57,215 bases of DNA from an uncultured Gammaproteobacteria bacterium (GCA_964483115.1 CAYZZF010000001.1:85907-143121), one strand, 5' to 3'. Shown: positions 9,366 to 18,949, counted from the first letter of the stretch. Notes: generated from the sequence alone by a model not told the origin. Numbers and translations: made by a program.

Positions 9366-10516
9366 GAATTGGAATTGATTGCCGGTTCTGGAATGAAACA
9401 GGAGTTGGACGCTATATTCGAAATCTTGTTTCAAATTTGGCTCAAATAGATAAACAAAATGATTATGTTTTGTTTGTTAAATCAGAAAATATAAATAATG
9501 TTAGACTTATAACTCATAATTCAAGATTCATAATTAAAACCACAGATATTTCCTGGCATGGAATTGAAGAGCAAATTCGACTTCCAGGAATTTTGAACTC
9601 TCAAAACTTAGATCTTGTTCATTTTCCATATTTTTCAGTTCCAATTTTTTACAATAAGCCTTTTATAGTCACTATTCATGATTTAATTCAATGGCATTTT
9701 TCAACAGGTAAAGCGTCAACTTTACCCTACCCTTTTTATATGGTAAAGTTTTTCGGATATAAATTTGTTATTAAGAGCGCGGCTCAAAAGGCAAAAAGAA
9801 TAATTACTGTTTCAAATGCCACAAAAGAAGAAATCGTAGATCATTTAAAAATTCCATCTGAGAAAATTGAAGTGGTACATGAGGGAGTCGACCCTCAAAT
9901 TACAAATTCCAAATTACAAATTCAAAATAAATTTCAAAATACAAAATACAAAATACACAATGCTTCATACTTTCTTTACGTTGGGAACGCTTATCCTCAT
10001 AAAAATCTCGAAAAATTAATTGAGGCTTTCAAAAATCTCAAATCTCAAATCTCAAATCTCAAAACTACAGATCAAAGCTTAAAGCTAGTGTTAATTGGAA
10101 GACAAGATTACTTTTATAAAAGATTGAAAGAGAAGGTGTCAAGAATGAAGATTGCTGGCTCAATCGAATTTTACGAAGAGGCAAGTGATAAAGAATTGAG
10201 GGTTTTGTATGAAAATGCAAGAGTTCTCATTATTCCGTCTCTTATGGAGGGGTTTGGATTGCCGGCTTTGGAGGCAATGGCAAATAAATGTTTAGTTTTG
10301 GCATCAAATACCCCAGCTATTAAAGAAGTTTGCGGGGAAGACGCACTGTACTTTAATCCATATGATATAAACGATATTTCGGAGAAATTAAAAGTGGTAT
10401 ATGAGGGGAAATTTGATAAAAAAATAATTGAAAAAGGATTTAAAAGAAGCAAAGAATTCTCTTGGCATAAAACGTCCGAGGAAACATTGAGAATCTATGA
10501 ACAGACGATAAGTTAG
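9362..10516 (+). CDS. Glycosyltransferase family 4
   Basis: 384-aa ORF with EGFGLPALEAMANKCLVLASNTPAIKEVCGEDALYFNP. Carries two heptamer arrays at the same relative positions as the other GT4 paralogs. Confidence 0.85.
   Translation: MRIGIDCRFWNETGVGRYIRNLVSNLAQIDKQNDYVLFVKSENINNVRLITHNSRFIIKTTDISWHGIEEQIRLPGILNSQNLDLVHFPYFSVPIFYNKPFIVTIHDLIQWHFSTGKASTLPYPFYMVKFFGYKFVIKSAAQKAKRIITVSNATKEEIVDHLKIPSEKIEVVHEGVDPQITNSKLQIQNKFQNTKYKIHNASYFLYVGNAYPHKNLEKLIEAFKNLKSQISNLKTTDQSLKLVLIGRQDYFYKRLKEKVSRMKIAGSIEFYEEASDKELRVLYENARVLIIPSLMEGFGLPALEAMANKCLVLASNTPAIKEVCGEDALYFNPYDINDISEKLKVVYEGKFDKKIIEKGFKRSKEFSWHKTSEETLRIYEQTIS
9895..9957 (+). repeat. Composite heptamer array (NCAAATT x4, then CAAAATA x3) in GT4 gene
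   Basis: tcaaatt acaaatt ccaaatt acaaatt ... caaaata caaaata caaaata. Encodes QITNSKLQIQNKFQNTKYKIH. Confidence 0.9.
10033..10067 (+). repeat. Heptamer array AAATCTC x4 perfect in GT4 gene
   Basis: aaatctc x4, then aaaacta. Encodes NLKSQISNLKT. Confidence 0.95.
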
Positions 10517-10589
10517 TGGATATATATTAAAATCTAATGATTTAGATTATTAGATTTTTGAAGTTTAAAATTATTACTGAGGAATATTA

Positions 10590-10853
10590 TTAATGGGATT
10601 CTAGAACGGTAAGACGTTCTAGCTTTTCGTCAACCTTCTTAGCTTTCTCTTCAATATTTTTTACTCTTACCTCAATTTTTAATAACTCACTTCTTAAATT
10701 TCTAGAATCTGCTTTCGTGACAAACTTTCTTAAAGATTTTTCAATTCTTTTTATATCTTTCTTTGTTTCAGGTTGATTATTGTTAATTTTTTGGTCATGG
10801 ATAATTAGTATAACACCCCTTTTTTTCTTATCTGTCAATATGACAAACTGCAA
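10590..10853 (-). CDS. Hypothetical small charged/coiled-coil protein
   Basis: 87-aa ORF, the only minus-strand ORF in the glycan locus. Lys/Glu-rich heptad-like sequence with no recognisable motif. Confidence 0.35.
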   Translation of the reverse strand: MQFVILTDKKKRGVILIIHDQKINNNQPETKKDIKRIEKSLRKFVTKADSRNLRSELLKIEVRVKNIEEKAKKVDEKLERLTVLESH

Positions 10854-10861
10854 CTTTTAGA

Positions 10862-10870
10862 TGGTATAAT
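10862..10870 (+). promoter_or_regulatory. Extended -10 box (TGgTATAAT) 6 nt upstream of the GTG start at 10877
   Basis: Sequence tggtataat, then caagaa, then GTG. No Shine-Dalgarno sequence fits between the box and the start. Confidence 0.4.
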
Positions 10871-10876
10871 CAAGAA

Positions 10877-11977
10877 GTGAAAGTGGCGCTTGTATATGAT
10901 CGGGTTAATAAGTGGGGAGGAGCAGAAAGAATTTTGCTCGCACTTCATAAGATTTTTCCGCAGGCTCCTTTGTTTACTTCAGTTTATGATAAAGAAAAAG
11001 CGCCCTGGGCAGAAGTTTTTAAGATTAAAACTTCCTTTCTCCAGAATTTTCCATTTGCCATGCGCCATGAACTATATGCTAGTCTTATGCCTTTGGCTTT
11101 TGAAAGTTTTTCTTTTACTGAATATGACTTGGTAATTTCTCTAACATCAGAGGCAGCGAAAGGTATAATCACAAAGCCCGGCACTTTACACATTTGTTAC
11201 TGTCTTACTCCAACTAGATATTTATGGAGTAGTTTTGATGAGTATTTTAGAAACCCTCTCCTTCGTTTTATTTCAAAACCAGCTGTTTCATATTTAAGAA
11301 TCTGGGACAAAATAGCAGCTCAAAGACCAGATAAATTTATTGCAATATCAAAGGAAGTCCAAAAGAGAATTAAAAAATATTACAATCGGGATTCGGATGT
11401 TATTTATCCTCCGTTGATGCTCATGGCAAATAGCAAATGGCGTATAGAAAAAAAAACTATAAACCATAAGCCGTACGCTAATAGCTATTTTTTAATTGTT
11501 TCTCGTCTTGTTCCTTATAAAAGAATAGATATTATTATAAAAGCTTTTAATAAATTAAAGCTACCATTGAAAATTATAGGAACAGGTTCTGAAGAAGGGC
11601 GACTTAAAAGAAAAGCAGGACCTAATATTGAATTCTTAGGTAACTTGACTGATAAAGAATTGATAGGGTATTATATAGATTGTCGTGCTTTTGTTTTTGC
11701 GGGTAGAGAGGATTTTGGATTAACGGTTCTTGAGGCTCAGAGTTTTGGCAAGCCAGTTATCGCTTATAAACAGGGAGGAGTACTTGAGACAGTAGTTGAA
11801 AATAAAACTGGAGTATTTTTTACTCCTCAAACCGAAGAAGCGCTAATTGAAGCATTAAAAAAATTTATGAGCTTACGTTTTGACCCAAAAGAATGCATAA
11901 GACAAGCACAGAGATTTAACATTAAAATATTCGAAAAAAGATTTAAAGAAGAAATTAAACTAATAACTAATAACTAA
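10877..11977 (+). CDS. Glycosyltransferase family 4
   Basis: 366-aa ORF (GTG start). N-terminal KVALVYDRVNKWGGAERIL and C-terminal EDFGLTVLEAQSFGKPVIAYKQGGVLETV are typical GT4. The stop codon lies inside a TAATAAC array. Confidence 0.8.
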   Translation: MKVALVYDRVNKWGGAERILLALHKIFPQAPLFTSVYDKEKAPWAEVFKIKTSFLQNFPFAMRHELYASLMPLAFESFSFTEYDLVISLTSEAAKGIITKPGTLHICYCLTPTRYLWSSFDEYFRNPLLRFISKPAVSYLRIWDKIAAQRPDKFIAISKEVQKRIKKYYNRDSDVIYPPLMLMANSKWRIEKKTINHKPYANSYFLIVSRLVPYKRIDIIIKAFNKLKLPLKIIGTGSEEGRLKRKAGPNIEFLGNLTDKELIGYYIDCRAFVFAGREDFGLTVLEAQSFGKPVIAYKQGGVLETVVENKTGVFFTPQTEEALIEALKKFMSLRFDPKECIRQAQRFNIKIFEKRFKEEIKLITNN

Positions 11978-11990
11978 TAACTAATAACTA
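11954..11990 (+). repeat. Heptamer array TAATAAC x4 perfect spanning the GT4 stop codon and the intergenic spacer before manC
   Basis: attaaac taataac x4 ta. The TAA stop of the 10877 gene (11975-11977) lies inside the array. Confidence 0.95.
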
Positions 11991-11994
11991 TCTT

Positions 11995-13077
11995 ATGAAG
12001 ATTGCAATTTTTGCAGGCGGTGTGGGTACAAGACTTTGGCCTCTTTCTCGTAAAAATACACCCAAACAGTTTGAAAAAATAATTGGTGAAAGATCTACTC
12101 TTCAGCTTGCAGTTGATAGACTTGCCCCGGATTTTAAATTTAAAGATATATATATTGCAACTGGAAAAAAATACGAAGAGGTTATCTTTTCCCAATTACC
12201 AGAGATCCCCAGGCAAAACTTTATCTTCGAGCCAGATATGAGAGATGTTGGTCCCGCAGTGGGGCTGGCTATGGTGGTGCTTGGTAAAAATCATCCGGAT
12301 TCTCCTGTTGCTATTATTTGGAGTGATCACTTTGTAAAAAAAGATAGACGGTTTAGAGAAGTTTTAAAAATGGCTAAGCGATTGATTAGAAAAGATAAAA
12401 GCCAGCTTGTTGTTATAGGACAAAAAGCAAGATTTGCTAACCAAAATTTGGGCTGGATTGGATTCGGCGCTCAAATAGGAGCAATTCGCGGCACTAAGAT
12501 TTTCCGTTTTAAGAGAATTGTTTATAGACCCACAATTGAAGAAGCGCAAGAATTTTTGAAAAATGGAAAATTTGCCTGGAATCCTGGTTATTTTGTTACA
12601 ACCCCGAGATTTATACTCTCTCAATATAAAAAATTTGTACCAGAATTATACGAAGGATTAATTAAAATTCAAGAGGCGATCGGAACAAAAAATTATTTCT
12701 CAAGTCTTCTAAGAATTTACCCAAAGTTTGAAAAGATAAGTTTTGATAACGCAATTTTAGAAAGGGTGGATCCTAAACATATATCTGTAATAGCCGCAGA
12801 TTTAGGATGGAGTGATATAGGAGCATGGGAGGCATTAAAAGAGGCACTTGAGGCATCATCAGATGAAAATGTTGAAAAAGGAAAGGTACTTCTTAATGAT
12901 TCTTCGGATAATCTAGTTTTTAATTATACCGATCAATTGGCAGTCGGAATTGATTTGACTAAAATGATTGTAATAAATACAGATGATGTGCTTCTTATAT
13001 GTCATAAAAATTCAGTGCCAAAGATTAAGAAATTGGTTGAAAGTTTGGCTGGAACTTCAAATGAGCACCTCACATAG
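11995..13077 (+). CDS. manC: Mannose-1-phosphate guanylyltransferase-like sugar nucleotidyltransferase
   Basis: MKIAIFAGGVGTRLWPLSRKNTPKQF is the nucleotidyltransferase G-x-G-T-R-L-x-P-L-S signature of ManC/CpsB-type enzymes. No C-terminal cupin/PMI domain is obvious. Confidence 0.75.
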   Translation: MKIAIFAGGVGTRLWPLSRKNTPKQFEKIIGERSTLQLAVDRLAPDFKFKDIYIATGKKYEEVIFSQLPEIPRQNFIFEPDMRDVGPAVGLAMVVLGKNHPDSPVAIIWSDHFVKKDRRFREVLKMAKRLIRKDKSQLVVIGQKARFANQNLGWIGFGAQIGAIRGTKIFRFKRIVYRPTIEEAQEFLKNGKFAWNPGYFVTTPRFILSQYKKFVPELYEGLIKIQEAIGTKNYFSSLLRIYPKFEKISFDNAILERVDPKHISVIAADLGWSDIGAWEALKEALEASSDENVEKGKVLLNDSSDNLVFNYTDQLAVGIDLTKMIVINTDDVLLICHKNSVPKIKKLVESLAGTSNEHLT

Positions 13078-13079
13078 TT

Positions 13080-13745
13080 ATGCCATACATAGAAGTTAAA
13101 AAGAGCTTGTTTTATGAATTCTTTAAAAGGATTATTGATATTCTACTTTCTTTGGTTCTTACGATAATCTTTTCACCAGTTATCTTAGTAGTAGCAATAG
13201 CAATAAAACTTGACTCAAGAGGGCCAATTCTGGCCGATACCCCAGAAAGAGTTGGGAAAAGCGGCAAACTTTTTAAGATGTATAAATTTCGCTCAATGGT
13301 TGAAAATGCCCACGATCTGCTTCGTGAAAATCCACGCTTTTCAAGGCTTTATAAAGAATATATGTATGGTAGTTATAAATTAAAAGATGACCCAAGGGTT
13401 ACAAGAGTTGGCCGCTTTATTAGAAAATTTTCTCTTGATGAAGTTCCACAGTTTTTTAACATTCTTAAGGGAGAAATGAGTTTGGTAGGGCCTAGGGCAT
13501 ATTATCCAGATGAGCTGCAGGAACAACAAAAGAAATATCCAAAGACAGAAAAATCAGTTAAAATAGTGCTTTCAGTTAAGCCGGGATTAACAGGTTACTG
13601 GCAGGTTTCGGGAAGAAGCGAGATAAATTTTGATAAAAGGATAGAAATGGATGCTTCGTATGTTCGAAAAAGATCAATTCTTTATGATCTTTGGATCATT
13701 TTAAAAACACCGTGGGCTATGCTCTCTGGTAAAGGCGCTCTATAA
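13080..13745 (+). CDS. Polyprenyl-phosphate sugar-1-phosphate transferase (bacterial sugar transferase family, WbaP/EpsL-like)
   Basis: One N-terminal TM segment, then DEVPQFFNILKGEMSLVGPRA and PGLTGYWQVSGRSE, the hallmark motifs of this family. Confidence 0.8.
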   Translation: MPYIEVKKSLFYEFFKRIIDILLSLVLTIIFSPVILVVAIAIKLDSRGPILADTPERVGKSGKLFKMYKFRSMVENAHDLLRENPRFSRLYKEYMYGSYKLKDDPRVTRVGRFIRKFSLDEVPQFFNILKGEMSLVGPRAYYPDELQEQQKKYPKTEKSVKIVLSVKPGLTGYWQVSGRSEINFDKRIEMDASYVRKRSILYDLWIILKTPWAMLSGKGAL

Positions 13746-13775
13746 TTAGTTATTAGTTATAAGTTATAAGATAAG
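13745..13775 (-). repeat. Heptamer array ATTAGTT/ATAAGTT x4 = reverse complement of the TAATAAC array
   Basis: attagtt attagtt ataagtt ataagat. It starts at the last base of the sugar-transferase TAA stop (13743-13745). The revcomp of attagtt (aactaat) is a rotation of taataac. Confidence 0.9.
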
Positions 13776-13813
13776 AGTTGACATTAATGTTGATTTCAAG
13801 TTAACATATACTG

Positions 13814-15817
13814 ATGGAAGGGTTTGAGAAGATAAATTTAGATTCCCCATACAGAAGAGATAGTAGTAAGAGTGTAGTTTCTAGATCATTAAGTTCTACT
13901 CCGCAAGTTAATACTAGTAACCGATTCTTATTTTTTAAAAATAAGAATACACTGATAGTTCTTGCTGTAATTTTGATTCTAGTTATAATTTCTAGTTTTG
14001 CTGTCGTTCTGCCTGCTCAAAAAGTCTACAAGTCCGCAAGAAAAACTTATAATCAAACTAAAGTTACTGTTGATGCTCTTAAAAAACAAAATGTTGCTTT
14101 GGCCTCGGAAGAACTCAAGAAAACAAGACAAGATCTTTCTAATACGCAAAGCGATCTTAATTCATTGAGATATCTTAGATTTGTTCCGATTGCAAACCTT
14201 TATTACAACGATGCCCAGCATTTGGTAAAATCAGGATTTTACGGGCTTGATGCTGCCTCGGTTCTTATTGAATCTGTAAAGCCGTATGCTGATGTTTTAG
14301 GTCTTAAAGGACAAGGAAGCTTTGTTATGGGTTCGGCTGAGCAGCGTATACAAACCGCTATTACCACAATGAGTAAAGTTACCCCACGCATTGATGAGAT
14401 TGAAAAATATCTATCTTTGGTAAAAAAAGAGATGGATGAGGTTGATCCGAATCGTTATCCTCCTATTTTCGGACTCGGTAAGATTAGAAATAATTTAATA
14501 AATATCAAAAAAATTACGGATGATGGGGTCAGCTTTATTTCGCAGGCAAAACCTCTTATAAAAGTTCTACCTGATCTTTTAGGTGCTGGCGGAGAAAAAA
14601 AATATCTAGTTTTATTTCAAAATGATAAAGAATTGCGTCCTACAGGCGGATTTATAACAGCTTATTCTATATTTAGAATAGACAAGGGCGTTATTTACGT
14701 GGATAAATCCGACAATATCTATAATCTTGATAATACAATACCCAATAAACCCAGGGCTCCTGAGCCTATCCTTAAATACTTAAAAAACGTTTCCGTATTT
14801 AATTTAAGAGACAGTAATCTTTCTCCTGACTTTATAGATTCTATGAAAACTTTTAATTCCCTTTATGATAAAGCAGGGGGAAAAGTAAAAATAGACGGAA
14901 TTATTACCATTGATACATATGTTCTGGTTTCTACAATAAAGATATTAGATGATCGTGTTGATGCGGCAGGTATGACATTTACAACCAAGAAAGACCCAAG
15001 ATGTGATTGTCCGCAGGTAATTTACCAACTCGAAAGCAGTATAAGCACACCCTTGTCTTTAGATCTTAGAGTATCGGATCTTGAAGCAATTCAGGCAAGA
15101 AGAAAAGATATAATAGGAGATTTATTATATGCTATTTTAAACAAAGCTCTAAAATCTTCTCCGAGAGCTTATTGGGGACCTCTGTTTCAGGATTTTATTG
15201 CAAAAATCGCCGAAAAGCACGTATTATTTGATCTTTATGACAAAGCCGCCCAGCAAGGAATAGATGCGGTCAATGCAGACGGCAGAATTCGGCCATTTGA
15301 CGGAGATTACCTGAATATAAACGAGGCAAACTTCGGCGGACAAAAATCTAATCTTTATATCTCACGCACAGTGACCCAGAATTATCAGCTAGAAAATGAC
15401 GGAAATATTATTAAGACTTTGACAATAAATTACAAAAATCCTTATCCTGCCTCTGATTGCAATCTTGAGCGAGGAGGGTTATGTTTAAATGCAGTGTATA
15501 GAAACTGGTTTAGGATTTACGTTCCTAAGGGGAGTAGACTTATAAGCAGTCAAGGTTCAGAGGTTAATATAAAATCATATGAAGATTTTGGAAAAACTGT
15601 TTTTGAAGGATTTCTTACCGTTAGGCCTGAAGGTGCTGCTACCTTTACAATTTCCTATCGAATGCCTGAAAAATTCGCCAAGAACTCAACAATACCTCTT
15701 CTTATTCAAAAACAACCAGGAACAGATGGTGATGAATATGCAATAAAAGTTAATGATCGAGAGCAAAGAAAACTCAAATTATTAACAGATAAAGAGCTTC
15801 AGGTAAATCTTAAATGA
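13814..15817 (+). CDS. DUF4012-domain envelope protein (N-terminal membrane anchor)
   Basis: 667-aa ORF. LLGAGGEKKYLVLFQNDKELRPTGGFITAYSIFRIDKG matches my recollection of the DUF4012 core. One TM segment near the N-terminus. Confidence 0.6.
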   Translation: MEGFEKINLDSPYRRDSSKSVVSRSLSSTPQVNTSNRFLFFKNKNTLIVLAVILILVIISSFAVVLPAQKVYKSARKTYNQTKVTVDALKKQNVALASEELKKTRQDLSNTQSDLNSLRYLRFVPIANLYYNDAQHLVKSGFYGLDAASVLIESVKPYADVLGLKGQGSFVMGSAEQRIQTAITTMSKVTPRIDEIEKYLSLVKKEMDEVDPNRYPPIFGLGKIRNNLINIKKITDDGVSFISQAKPLIKVLPDLLGAGGEKKYLVLFQNDKELRPTGGFITAYSIFRIDKGVIYVDKSDNIYNLDNTIPNKPRAPEPILKYLKNVSVFNLRDSNLSPDFIDSMKTFNSLYDKAGGKVKIDGIITIDTYVLVSTIKILDDRVDAAGMTFTTKKDPRCDCPQVIYQLESSISTPLSLDLRVSDLEAIQARRKDIIGDLLYAILNKALKSSPRAYWGPLFQDFIAKIAEKHVLFDLYDKAAQQGIDAVNADGRIRPFDGDYLNINEANFGGQKSNLYISRTVTQNYQLENDGNIIKTLTINYKNPYPASDCNLERGGLCLNAVYRNWFRIYVPKGSRLISSQGSEVNIKSYEDFGKTVFEGFLTVRPEGAATFTISYRMPEKFAKNSTIPLLIQKQPGTDGDEYAIKVNDREQRKLKLLTDKELQVNLK

Positions 15818-16359
15818 GAACATTTAGAACAGAAGGGATTATTATAAAGAGAAGAAATACTGGTGAGGCAGATAGAATCTTAACAGTTCTAAGCAAAAAT
15901 TACGGAAAAATTCAAGTTAAAGCCCCGGGAGTGAGAAAAATTACAAGCAGAAGGTCTGCCCATATTGAGCTTTTAAATCTTTCTGTTTTAAGTCTTTACA
16001 GGAGTTCTCGTTCTCCTTTGCCAATTCTTACAGAAGCACAGAGTTTGGAAGATTTTCAATCTATCAAAAAAAAATTGAAAAAGGTTGGCTTTGCCTACTA
16101 TATATGTGAGCTAGTTAATAATTTTTGTCCGGAGAACCAAGAGAACAAAAAAGTGTTTTTTTTACTAAAAGATGTTTTGACTAAATTGGAAAATTCCTCA
16201 AATGCCGAGCATGTTGTAGATAATTTCGAAAAAGAGTTTCTTAGACTTTTGGGTTTTATACCAAAATCATTTTTGCTTGAAGATAGGCAGGTTTTTATAG
16301 AAAATATTTTGGAAAAGAGGCTTAAGACCAAAGAGATGCTTCTCTCTCTTCTTTCCTAG
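15814..16359 (+). CDS. recO: DNA repair protein RecO (short form)
   Basis: N-terminal OB-fold signature TEGIIIKRRNTGEADRILTVLSKNYGKIQVKAPGVRK. Overlaps the upstream stop by 4 nt. Confidence 0.75.
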   Translation: MRTFRTEGIIIKRRNTGEADRILTVLSKNYGKIQVKAPGVRKITSRRSAHIELLNLSVLSLYRSSRSPLPILTEAQSLEDFQSIKKKLKKVGFAYYICELVNNFCPENQENKKVFFLLKDVLTKLENSSNAEHVVDNFEKEFLRLLGFIPKSFLLEDRQVFIENILEKRLKTKEMLLSLLS

Positions 16360-16862
16360 GAATTGTTTTTGCCTAATCCTTCGGCAACTGCAAACGTTGC
16401 GATATCAACAATTAGCAAAATAAATGATACCGATACATACACAAGTGATGTTTTAAGATATACAGGGTTGAAAGTAATACCGGTTAAAAGAAAGGGAAGG
16501 GTGAAAAATAAGAGTATCGACCAAACAATAAATAAGCCAAGGAATGAAGATATTCTACAAATCGATCGCCATGTTTTATTCTCAAGACGAGATAAAGATA
16601 CCAGGTTCAATAATACCAAAACAGCTATAATTAAGAGAAATATATGATATACTTTAAGGCTTTGTGTCCATGGGGCATTAAGGAGATAGCCTATAGCTCT
16701 TATGTTGCTGGGGACTCTAAGAAGCGCCAAAGCTGGCGGAGCAACAATTACATCAACTACAAAAGCGTTCAATAAGAAAGTAAAAACCAATATAATATAG
16801 ATTATTTGAAGAGCTGTGACGTATAAATTTAACTTGTCTTCGGATTTGGCTTGCAACTTCAT
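16356..16862 (-). CDS. Hypothetical integral membrane protein
   Basis: 168-aa ORF with 4-5 hydrophobic helices and no recognisable motif. Confidence 0.4.
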   Translation of the reverse strand: MKLQAKSEDKLNLYVTALQIIYIILVFTFLLNAFVVDVIVAPPALALLRVPSNIRAIGYLLNAPWTQSLKVYHIFLLIIAVLVLLNLVSLSRLENKTWRSICRISSFLGLFIVWSILLFFTLPFLLTGITFNPVYLKTSLVYVSVSFILLIVDIATFAVAEGLGKNNS

Positions 16863-16956
16863 TTTTATAGATAAATTATAGCATATTTTAGATTTTACTT
16901 GTCAATTTAGATTAAGAAAAACACTTTGCAAGTTAAATCTTTGGTTTGCGTGAAAA

Positions 16957-16965
16957 TGATATAAT
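16957..16965 (+). promoter_or_regulatory. Extended -10 box (TGaTATAAT) 7 nt upstream of the ATG at 16973
   Basis: Sequence tgatataat, then taccagg, then ATG. No Shine-Dalgarno sequence. Confidence 0.4.
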
Positions 16966-16972
16966 TACCAGG

Positions 16973-17491
16973 ATGACGAGCGAAGCGCCAAAACCTTATT
17001 TTTTTGGAATTTTGTCGGTTTCGGGACAACATTCACAAAAAGTTTTAGAGAGATTTATACAGGATTCCGGTAGAACACAGCAAGCTTTTTTTGAAGTGAT
17101 TAGTGTTTTTAAAGATCGCGAAGGCGTTAATAGGGATTTCGATGAAACGCTGAAGAGATTTTTGGAGATAGACAGAGAGTATAGAGTATTATACATTATA
17201 GTTCCAGCCGGCAGTATGCTTCCAAGATTGGCTAGAGCAGTCTTACTTCAGCCTAAAGATAGGAGTGGAGAAGTTGGGGTAGGAATTGAACTAGATGCAG
17301 AACTTGATGTTGCTCTTAGACTTGAATCGGACAGTGAAGTAATGCACGCCGTTAAAGATATAAAGTCAGCAATCGTAAACTTTGATTTAATATGGCAAGA
17401 TGCAAGAAGACGCAAGAAAAGAGTCCTAACAGAACGTCAGGTGGCAAAAAGAGGTATTGGTCAATTCGAAGTTTTAGTTGTTAGATCATAG
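16973..17491 (+). CDS. Hypothetical protein
   Basis: 172-aa ORF from the ATG (the track starts at the TTG at 16946). Looks slightly more GC-rich than its neighbours. No motif recognised. Confidence 0.4.
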   Translation: MTSEAPKPYFFGILSVSGQHSQKVLERFIQDSGRTQQAFFEVISVFKDREGVNRDFDETLKRFLEIDREYRVLYIIVPAGSMLPRLARAVLLQPKDRSGEVGVGIELDAELDVALRLESDSEVMHAVKDIKSAIVNFDLIWQDARRRKKRVLTERQVAKRGIGQFEVLVVRS

Positions 17492-17603
17492 AGGTATTGT
17501 ATCGTCTCTTTACACATTTACCCTTGTAAGGCTTCTTAGGTCTTAAAATAAGACAGGTGCTTTTCCTCTTTTTTTAATCTATTCTTTTTGTTATCATAAG
17601 ACC

Positions 17604-18947
17604 ATGGCAGAAAACTTAATGATCGAGTCAAACGCGATGGAAAAGATTGTTGCGCTTTGTAAAAGAAGGGGATTTGTTTTTCAGAATTCAGAAATTTATG
17701 GAGGAATTAATGGCGTTTATGATTTAGGTCCTTTGGGCGTTCTTCTTGCGAATAATATAAAAAAACAATGGTTGAGGTCTATAGTTTTATCAAGGGACGA
17801 TGTTGTAGGACTTGACTCCTCAATTATTACACATCCCAACGTTTGGGAAGCGTCAGGTCATCTAAAGTCTTTTAAAGATTCCCTTATAGAATGCAAGATC
17901 TGTCATGAGAGATTTCGGGCTGATTATAAAGATGAAATATCCAAACACTCAAAAATACACAAAAAACCTTCGTGGACAGGTATAAAACAGTTTAACTTAA
18001 TGTTTAAGACATTTATTGGACCTTTGGATGATGAGAAACATAAAGCTTATCTTCGTCCCGAAACAGCTCAAGGTATTTTTTTAAATTTTGAAAATGTTCT
18101 TGCGTCTTCGCGCATCAAAATTCCATTTGGTATTGCTCAAATTGGCAAGGGTTTTCGAAATGAAATAACAACGGGAAATTTCTTATTTAGAGTCAGAGAA
18201 TTTGAAATGATGGAGCTTGAGTTCTTCACAAAACCCGGTACAGATAAAAAATGGTTTGAATACTGGAAACAAGCGCGACTTAAATGGTATTTAGATTTAG
18301 GAATTAAGAAAAATAACATAAAGCTTGTAGATTTGCCCAAAGAAGATATTGCTCATTATTCTAAGGGTACCACAGAAATCTGGTACAGCTGGCCATTCGG
18401 TGGTAGTATGGGCAAGCCATGGTTTGGAGAACTTGAGGGAATAGCAAATAGAGGCGATTATGACCTACTAAATCATGCAAAATATTCAGGACAAGACCTT
18501 TCATATTTTGATGAAGAAACAAAAGAAAGATATGTTCCTTATGTAATTGAACCATCGGTTGGAGTGGGTCGCGCTATGCTTGCATTTTTGCTCGATTCAT
18601 ATTTTGAGGAAAAGGATAGGGTTATTCTTAGACTTGATCCAAAACTTGCTCCTATTAAAGTTGCCGTATTTCCGCTTTTGGCCAATAAATTACCTCTTGC
18701 AAAAATGGCAGGGGATATTTATCATAATCTTAAAAGTCAGTTAAATGATATGATTGTTTTTGATAACAGAGGAAATATCGGAAAGCGGTATTACTCACAG
18801 GATGAAATAGGAACTCCATTCTGTATAACAGTCGATTTTCAAAGTTTGGAAGATAAGACAGCTACTATTCGAGATAGAGATACAACAAAACAGGAGAGAC
18901 TAAGAGTTCACGAATTAAAAGATTACATAAATAAAAAAATTGCATAA
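17604..18947 (+). CDS. glyQS: Glycine--tRNA ligase (homodimeric class II, GlyQS type)
   Basis: RGFVFQNSEIYGGINGVYDLGPLG, the class II motif 2 FRNEITTGNFLFRVREFEMMELEFF, and motif 3 PSVGVGRA. Confidence 0.9.
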   Translation: MAENLMIESNAMEKIVALCKRRGFVFQNSEIYGGINGVYDLGPLGVLLANNIKKQWLRSIVLSRDDVVGLDSSIITHPNVWEASGHLKSFKDSLIECKICHERFRADYKDEISKHSKIHKKPSWTGIKQFNLMFKTFIGPLDDEKHKAYLRPETAQGIFLNFENVLASSRIKIPFGIAQIGKGFRNEITTGNFLFRVREFEMMELEFFTKPGTDKKWFEYWKQARLKWYLDLGIKKNNIKLVDLPKEDIAHYSKGTTEIWYSWPFGGSMGKPWFGELEGIANRGDYDLLNHAKYSGQDLSYFDEETKERYVPYVIEPSVGVGRAMLAFLLDSYFEEKDRVILRLDPKLAPIKVAVFPLLANKLPLAKMAGDIYHNLKSQLNDMIVFDNRGNIGKRYYSQDEIGTPFCITVDFQSLEDKTATIRDRDTTKQERLRVHELKDYINKKIA

Positions 18948-18949
18948 AA

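Noticed and set aside
10531-10559. AT-only hairpin (AATCTAA-tgat-TTAGATT, with a duplicated TTAGATT arm and T-run) between the convergent genes at 10516 and 10590, as an intrinsic terminator.
   Set aside because: It may function as one, but the stem has a single G-C pair and very low predicted stability. It is not reported as a feature.
17492-17603. T-box leader upstream of glyQS (and similarly 48436-48591 upstream of ileS).
   Set aside because: The intergenic regions are only ~110-155 nt and AT-rich. They contain no GGGTGGTACCGCG-like T-box sequence or specifier-loop architecture.
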